Below, piece after piece: positions 47,131 through 54,082 of a stretch of DNA of 54,082 bases. Within the stretch, counting starts at the first letter, position 1, and every line of letters begins with the position of its first letter. The notes under the pieces are model-generated. The model was not told the origin of the DNA and did no database searches. It saw nothing but the letters and a program-made list of their open reading frames with translations. Both the position numbers and the translations under genes were made by a program. Where the stretch lies: contig ADNK01000974.1 in NCBI GenBank assembly GCA_000320545.1, forward strand, positions 1-54,082, given 5' to 3'. This DNA is from Bigelowiella natans CCMP2755 (lineage: Eukaryota; Protista; Cercozoa).

Positions 47131-48576
47131 ATGGGAGGAAGCCAGTCTGCTGACCGCGCTGTGCCGCCCTGGTTGGAATCAAATGCGTATCCATCGGAGA
47201 CAGGAGACGCCATACGAAAGCTCTCTGAGGTATTATCACCTATGTGCAACATGCCCCTGCTGTGCCAGAGGCTCTCTTTGATGACGATCATGTATATCTC
47301 AGAGCGCACGCGCATTTCTGACGCAACATCCGCACTTCAAGGTAACACTGCATGAATAACACCGGACTGCAGCAAAGATCCAATTAATTAATGATTATCC
47401 ATTGTTTTTTATGATGAAGGGAAATTTCTCACATAAGCTGGATGAGGAAGAAGCCACAGCTCTTGCGAGTAGAGATTCTTACAGTAATTACAGCTCCACC
47501 ATTGATCAGTTGGTTTTTGTTGATAGCTGCGTGTATGGAAAGCGACGAACGGATAGCTAAATGGTTCCCAAAGCTGGTACGCTCGATCATTAGAGTGTAG
47601 ATAGCGAGAGAATTGTGACAAAAATAGACAAATGAGCAGCTGTACTACTACTTTGCTAGGTGCCAAAACGTGTGACCGAAGATAAGTTCTGGAACAACTA
47701 TTTTTCCCATGTGGAGTATCTTATAGGCTTGGGTAATAAAATTCTTCTTTGATCTATCCGACGAGTCATCCTTCCAACTTGACTTTCCCTCCCTCCCTCC
47801 CTCCCTCCCTCCCTCCCTCTCATGATCGCGCCGACGATTCTTTTTTTCAGCAGGTATGGACGATGCCAAAGATGTAGAGGGAGGAGGTGTCCCGAATGCT
47901 TCAACTGATGCTTCCGTCGAGACGTCTTCGACAAATAATAATGGTACCCTGGTCGTAACCGGGGGATCCTCAAGCACTGAAACAGTAACTCGCGAGAGAG
48001 TTGGGCCTCCTGCGAGTTCGGTGACACAAGCAGACGAATACGCGGAAGATGCAAACGTTCTAGAAATCACATTCACCAAGCGGTAGTTCGCAGTGCCTGG
48101 GATGTTCATCTTCTCCTTTTCTCCTCTTCTCGTAGATCTCACCACCCTTTGCTTTTCTTGGAACGCAGGCCTTTTGGAATCGAGCTGGTGAGGCATCAGG
48201 AGAAAACTGTACGGACTAAGTCAACTCACCAAACATGTGGTTGCAGCGCACACCACATTGAGTCATCACGTCACAATGATGGCATATGCATTCGCAGGTG
48301 TATCCTTTAGTTCATACAGTCGATGCTCAAAACATCGAGAGAGGCCTGACCCCTGGGCATCTCTTGGTTAGAGTCAACGGAGAGGTACTGCACCTTTATA
48401 TATTATGGAAATCCGAAAATTGTGTGTGTTTAGAGCTACTAATTGTTCTATAGTCGGTTGCGGGCAAGCCAATGCCAAGTCTTTTAAAATATCTTCGGAA
48501 TGCGGTATGTGATGACAGAGTAGAAACCAGTGCGGTACGACGAGTAGTGGTTTCTGAGTGGTCCGCCGATGTACAC

Positions 48577-48627
<51 letters not shown>

Positions 48628-49145
48628 ATTTGCAACAACAATAGCCGCTTCCAATGGACCTGTCATTCCTTCTGCCCATTCCTTCAACGCCACCGCAACA
48701 AATCCGTAAAGGACTCCCCTCTCCAATGCCGCCATCATCTAGAAATAAAGGAGCCAAAGCAGCTGCTGCTGCTGTCGGAACATCAGGTCTACTTCTCTTT
48801 CTACGCTGCTCTCTCTCCCTCTCTCCCTCCCTCTCTCTCTCTCTCCTTGGAGGTCTTATGTGTATACATCTTGTACTGTGTTACATGACAGAGTCAAAGC
48901 AAAGGTCGCACGGAGATGCGAGCAGTGGATCATCGGCGGCAGCATCCATGCGCGCGCACGCACCCTCCTCCACCCCCACGCCGTCATGGCTTCAGCATGA
49001 CTCGAAGAAGACAGAGAACCTAGCGATGCCCACGCGCATGTACGGAGCAGTCCCGTTTTGGGAGGCTGGAAACGATTTCGCGTTGACTTTACCAAAAGAA
49101 CCGACTCTCCACCAAAGACAGAGCAGGTTTATGATACGCGACTAG
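47131..49145 (+). CDS. BSD-domain + PDZ-domain protein with N-myristoylation-like start (multi-exon)
   Basis: Start MGGSQS. BSD: ACMESDERIAKWFPKL|VPKRVTEDKFWNNYFSHV (~47526-47730). PDZ assembled over exons: LEITFTKR|PFGIEL..|VYPLVHTVD..GLTPGHLLVRVNGE|SVAGKPMPSLLKYLRNA|PLPMDLSF. Confidence 0.75.
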
Positions 49146-49259
49146 CTACCATAGCTGTCGTCGAAGCAGTGGCATTAGTAGTAGTACGATGTATGTATGT
49201 ATGTATGTATGTATGTATGTAGCATCACATGTGGTCATATATGCATTCAATAACACCGA

Positions 49260-49333
49260 ATGCGTACCAATAGAACTCCAATCCGGTGGGGCATGATTTT
49301 AGGGTCATCCAAAGGTCGCGATCAACACGCACA

Positions 49334-49372
<39 letters not shown>

Positions 49373-49553
49373 ATTGAAAAGGTTGATACATTTCTTAGAT
49401 TCACAAGTATTAGGGTGATGCGAAGTCGAAGCGCACTCTTTACATTGCAACTGATTGAGTTTGTCCTCGTCATCGTTTTTTCCAGAATGCAGCCTGTCGA
49501 TCGCTGCGTCGGTGATAAATGCTAAAGGTCTGCTTTTGAGTGTGAGTGTAAGT

Positions 49554-49591
<38 letters not shown>

Positions 49592-50963
49592 ATGGAAAAT
49601 ATATTGATATTAACCGCATTACCTCTATGAAAAAGAGATTCATGGATGCACTAAGGATAAATATACGTATATATATATATATATATATATAAATATATAT
49701 AATATTACATAACGGCATGGTCGCTGTAAAAATGGGGGGTAAATTGGGGAAATAATGAAGGTACGGAACTAGAGGCTGTGGTGCACTCACAGAGGAACGT
49801 TGCGAAAGATTTTGCTCGAACGTAAGGCTGCGTATGACCACTCCCCCCCCCCCTCCCCCCACTAACATACACGCACGCTCAAGGCGGCATAGAAATACGA
49901 GAAAACGTGTGCTGGCACGTGCTATACTACTGTACACGTACGAATGCGCATGCATCACTCATTACTATCCTGAGTTTGAAGAGGGGACGATGGGCTATTG
50001 GTGTTGTACCTATCATCACGGAGAAGGCAGGAATAAGCGCTTCTTGCTGTTATCATTATTCGGGGGCTGGAGCGTGTATATTTTCTCTCACGCAGATTGT
50101 ACTCCTCCTCCCCCCCCCCCCCCCCCCCCTTCCTCCTGTTCAGGTTTAAGTGCAGGACTCATAACACCGTGCACGGACTTATTCATGACCCACGGGTAAA
50201 CTAGTACCAACTCTACTTTAAAAAAAAAAATGAGATTTGTCTGTGATGATGGCATCTGGTCGCTACTACTAGAACAACAACTACTACTGCTACTACTACT
50301 ACTACTACTACTACTACTATTACTGCTACAGGTCACAGCCGTGTACATTTCGGGTCCTTGCGGCCCTAGACTGGCGACAGCTCTCTTAGTCTGCAAGGCT
50401 GGAAAACCATGTCTCTTAGAAGGTGAGAGGGCAGCAACAACACGACGAAACGTGTGATGGTGTAGATGATGATGATGGTGGTGACGATGATGATGATGGG
50501 GAATATGCCGCGCTGCCTTTTTTTTTAGAAGAGCTCACTTGAAACGCGCCTCCTGACCGTTACTCCTCGTCGTCAGGTCCAATGGCACGGTCTTATGTGG
50601 AGGCACAGAGTCTGCGGGATAAGTTTAAGGCCGCAGGTAAACCAACGAGTGCGTGCGCTCTTTGAGCACGTAGCGGGTGAATGTTGGAAGCAACGACTAC
50701 TTGTTGTTGGCGAGTGCGGTGTGCATTCGGTCTTTGAGTGGTGGTTGTTTTTTTTTTTTTTTTTTAACTACGGGGTTCGTTCTGAAAGGGACGCCATTGC
50801 CAAACTCTCGATCCTATTGGAAGAGTTGATAAGATGTATGTTCATTGTTTTTCTCCTCGTGCAACAACAACAACACACTGGCTGCTCTTCCCCCTTAGGC
50901 GTTCCTTTATTTGTGTGCCGTCCAAGAATAGTGCTGCCTCGGATGATCGCTGCAAAAAGGTGT

Positions 50964-51032
<69 letters not shown>

Positions 51033-51963
51033 CAGTGGCAGTAGCTATAAATCCGCTGGGGCAACGAAGTGATGTTGGCTCTTCATTCCTCTCTATTTCT
51101 CTCACCATTTCGAGGTGTAGGTTGCGTTTCACTTACTTCCCCCTCTAGTTTCACACCTGCAACCGCCCCCCAATAATATATCGCTGCTGTTTCATTTTCC
51201 CCCAGACTGATATACGCGAAGGGCATCATCGGAAAAATCACGAGCGTAACGTACAAGTTGGCACGCAGCGACCACATCAAGGGGGGGGGGCGGCAGGGTG
51301 AGGCAGTAGTAGCGCCTCTCAAGGGATGGCGCGGCGATGTAGAGGTTTGATACTACCACCACAACGAAAGAACGTAACAGATTGACACAAGCAGAAGAGA
51401 GTGTGGTTGATAGAGTGACGTGTACACGTTCCTGACAGAAATTTCAACCTTTCCCCCTTCTCGAAAGCCTAATATGAATGACGGCATGCCCCGCTGCTGC
51501 TGCTGCTGCTCCTCCTCCTCCTCCTGCTACTGCTGCCGCTGTGTTTGATGAAATCGTCGTTCAGAAATCTGGTGGCGGCCTATTCATGGAATTCGGTAGT
51601 AGTAGCAGCCGTAGTAGTAGCAGTAGCGGTAGACAATTTCGCACTCACCTTTACGATGGTGATGGTGATGATGATTATGATAGTGACGATGGTACCCATC
51701 GATGCATCATGATGATTAGACCAGTAGACATGTCGGTTGTTTGAGGTTTGCTTTGAATTATTGACCTGATCGTCCCTCAACCGCTCTCTCGACGCACGTG
51801 CGCAGGCTGCCAGTCTCTGAGCATCATCGAGTATCTGGTTGGGAACATCTCTCGGGTCGCTGGGGACGCAGCGCGTGCTTCAGGGATCCCTCATCAAAGC
51901 CCGGAGAGTTCCGTTGTCATGTCCTTTCGTGCCGGAGGCCGATATGGCCGCGGCGCAGCTGCT

Positions 51964-52000
<37 letters not shown>

Positions 52001-52322
52001 ATCGTCGAGCAATAGTTGGCGAGGAGGGGGTCCTTGGAACGGCAAGTTTCAACTTCGCGGCTGCTGTGCACGAGGACAGGCTGTGTGTGGAGGGGACAAA
52101 GGGGACCTTGGATATGTCTCTTTTTGGAGAGGAACCGCCTGTACGTTCTGTGGTTGCTTTTGTGCCTCCTCTCCTCCTTCCTCTTCTTCTTCTTCTTCTT
52201 CTTCTTCTTCTTCCCTTTCTCTACTCGCCGATGTTTCTCTTCGCAGCAGCCTCTAGGCATACGTGTGGAGATCTATTGCGCAATGATGATCATCATCAAA
52301 ATAATGATAATATTAATAATAC

Positions 52323-52374
<52 letters not shown>

Positions 52375-53038
52375 GATGATTACGGTTGCAGGCGGCAAAC
52401 AAGTCCACTACCCGTTCAAGAACCCAGAGGTAGTAGTAATAACAATAGATAGATAGCTCGACGTGCAGATTGTCATACACAATGCTCGATGACGACCAAC
52501 GATGATGCGCCATCCTTCCGAGCGGAGGCTGGCGGTATGCTTTCCACGCTCTGACACGAATTTCATGTGTCTCTGATCAGGTGCTACATCTACCAATGAT
52601 GCAGGTGATATGTCAGATAGCGTGGTGGCGAAGCCTTCAATCATATATGTGATCTTCGTGTTTTAACCATTTTTCCTTCATGACGCTTTATCTTTCTTCC
52701 GGCGATGTAATAACAGCGCGTGGTGGACTACCTCCATGGTTGCCCAATGCTTGATGAGGTACGCGGCTCTCGTCTCTATTTGTTTTGTAATACGCCGGCT
52801 CTGCTTGAGCTATTCGAGCTCATGTTCGCGTCCACGTTCCTTGCAGGTACAGCATAGCGCGGAGAATGGGGTTCGTTTGTTGAATGTCGCGGATGCCGCA
52901 CTGAGGACTTTCTACAGGTCAAAACCCTTGCATCGCACCGAGCCATCATTTAGAGAGAGAGAGTTCAGAATGTTTGTTTTATCATCGAGCAGGGCACGGG
53001 ATGATCACTTTTGGAAGCGACGGCACACGTGGTTGTAG
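49260..53038 (+). CDS. Gfo/Idh/MocA-family oxidoreductase-like protein (multi-exon, divergent; may be fused to the upstream BSD-PDZ gene)
   Basis: Exons read TPIRWGMILG, AVVHSQRNVAKDFAR, VTAVYISGP..ALLVCKAGKPCLLE|GPMARSYVEA, GVPLFV, SGGGLFMEFG|CQSLSIIEYLVG.ISRV, GTASFNF..HEDRLCVEGTKGTL and end RDDHFWKRRHTWL*. Confidence 0.75.
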
Positions 53039-53849
53039 TACGATGGGGTTCGGGGTGCTGCTTCCCGAAGTCCTCATTTTCACTGTTGACAGTCGTCGAT
53101 TCCACTGGGAATTCAAGACACTTATGCGCGCAAGGGATGCTCTTTATGCCAGCAATGTGTTTCAAAATAATTCTCCGGAGTAGTGAGCATGCTATCTAGC
53201 TATGGCGACTTTACTACTGCTGCTGCTGCTGCTGCTGCTACGATACTGTGTGACGTAAATATTTGCCACGTATATAATGCAACCGGAGATCGGCAATGTA
53301 TATGCCACTGCGCGCATAGCTAGCTGTAATGTTCGCAGGATTGATTGATACACAAATGAGGGCCCCGCTATAACTAGTCGACACAACAATCAAGGCCACA
53401 TATCTAGAGATATGACGCGAAGCGCCACCATCACCTATATGCGTAGTAGCATTTGTCGTGCAACAGCAGCCACGTCCCGACTCTCAAGAGGGAAATGTTG
53501 TCATTGCGTTCCAACATCTCTAGGTGCAGACATGTGCTGCGCGCTTAATCAATCAGTTTTGATTTATCAATTGCCGCCACTGCTTAACCATGGCATATTT
53601 CGCGACTTGCAGTGTGCTTTAGAAAATTGAAAAGCGATGCATTTATTCGGATCATGCACTGCTAGACCGCCTGCTGCTACTCCTACGTGCTGACTGCGTC
53701 TTCCATTTTGCTGGGTTTTGCTGTACAATTGTCGTCGTTTTCAAGGAGCAGAATTCCTATCTTTGTGTGCCTGCACAGATTTACATGCAATTAGTGTTTA
53801 TCTGAGATTGCTATGCATTTTACTGTACGACGTTGCTTTCAACTTAGAT

Positions 53850-53852
53850 AAG

Positions 53853-53914
<62 letters not shown>

Positions 53915-53953
53915 TATGATGACCATTGAAATATTTTTATAAATACATTACAA

Positions 53954-54001
<48 letters not shown>

Positions 54002-54015
54002 GAGAGAGAGAGATT
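53850..54015. repeat. (TA)n and (GA)n microsatellites, representative of many intronic (TA)n, (CA)n, (GA)n, (GAA)n, (CAT)n and (TAG)n tracts across the window
   Basis: Directly visible in the sequence. Confidence 0.95.
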
Positions 54016-54082
54016 GCGTGGTGTGAAAGCTCCTAGACATACACATACATATAGAGAAATATGTGTGACAGAGTGCGCGCGC

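Noticed and set aside
1-54082. A gene encoding the mutator (deaminase or methyltransferase), or tRNA/rRNA genes, in this window
   Set aside because: I recognised no HxE..PCxxC deaminase motif, DPPW/NPPY methyltransferase motif or structural RNA by eye. Small exons could have been missed.

Overview
Eukaryotic (protist-like) nuclear DNA with intron-rich genes and microsatellite-laden introns. A chlorarachniophyte/Rhizaria-type genome is plausible, but this is inference. Genes found: a Kelch-RGS-FYVE-PH protein (-), a rhodanese + dual-specificity-phosphatase-like protein (+), an intronless calmodulin-like ORF (-), a very large polycystin-1-like lectin/WSC/REJ/GPS receptor (-, ~13.3-37.1 kb, exon chain inferred), a GH35 beta-galactosidase (-), a BSD-PDZ protein (+) and a Gfo/Idh/MocA-like protein (+, possibly fused to BSD-PDZ). 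The most striking signal is non-coding. Three repeat-rich blocks (~10.9-13.1, ~37.4-39.4 and ~45.4-47.0 kb) have lost almost every TpA dinucleotide. A duplicated segment (10.3-10.87 kb vs 46.2-46.97 kb), sister repeat copies and a LINE ORF show TpA converted to TpG or CpA, i.e. A-to-G on either strand, with CTAG largely spared. This looks like a repeat/heterochromatin-targeted A:T-to-G:C hypermutation, the mirror image of fungal RIP. I see no candidate enzyme gene in this window. Exon boundaries and counts were done by eye and are approximate.
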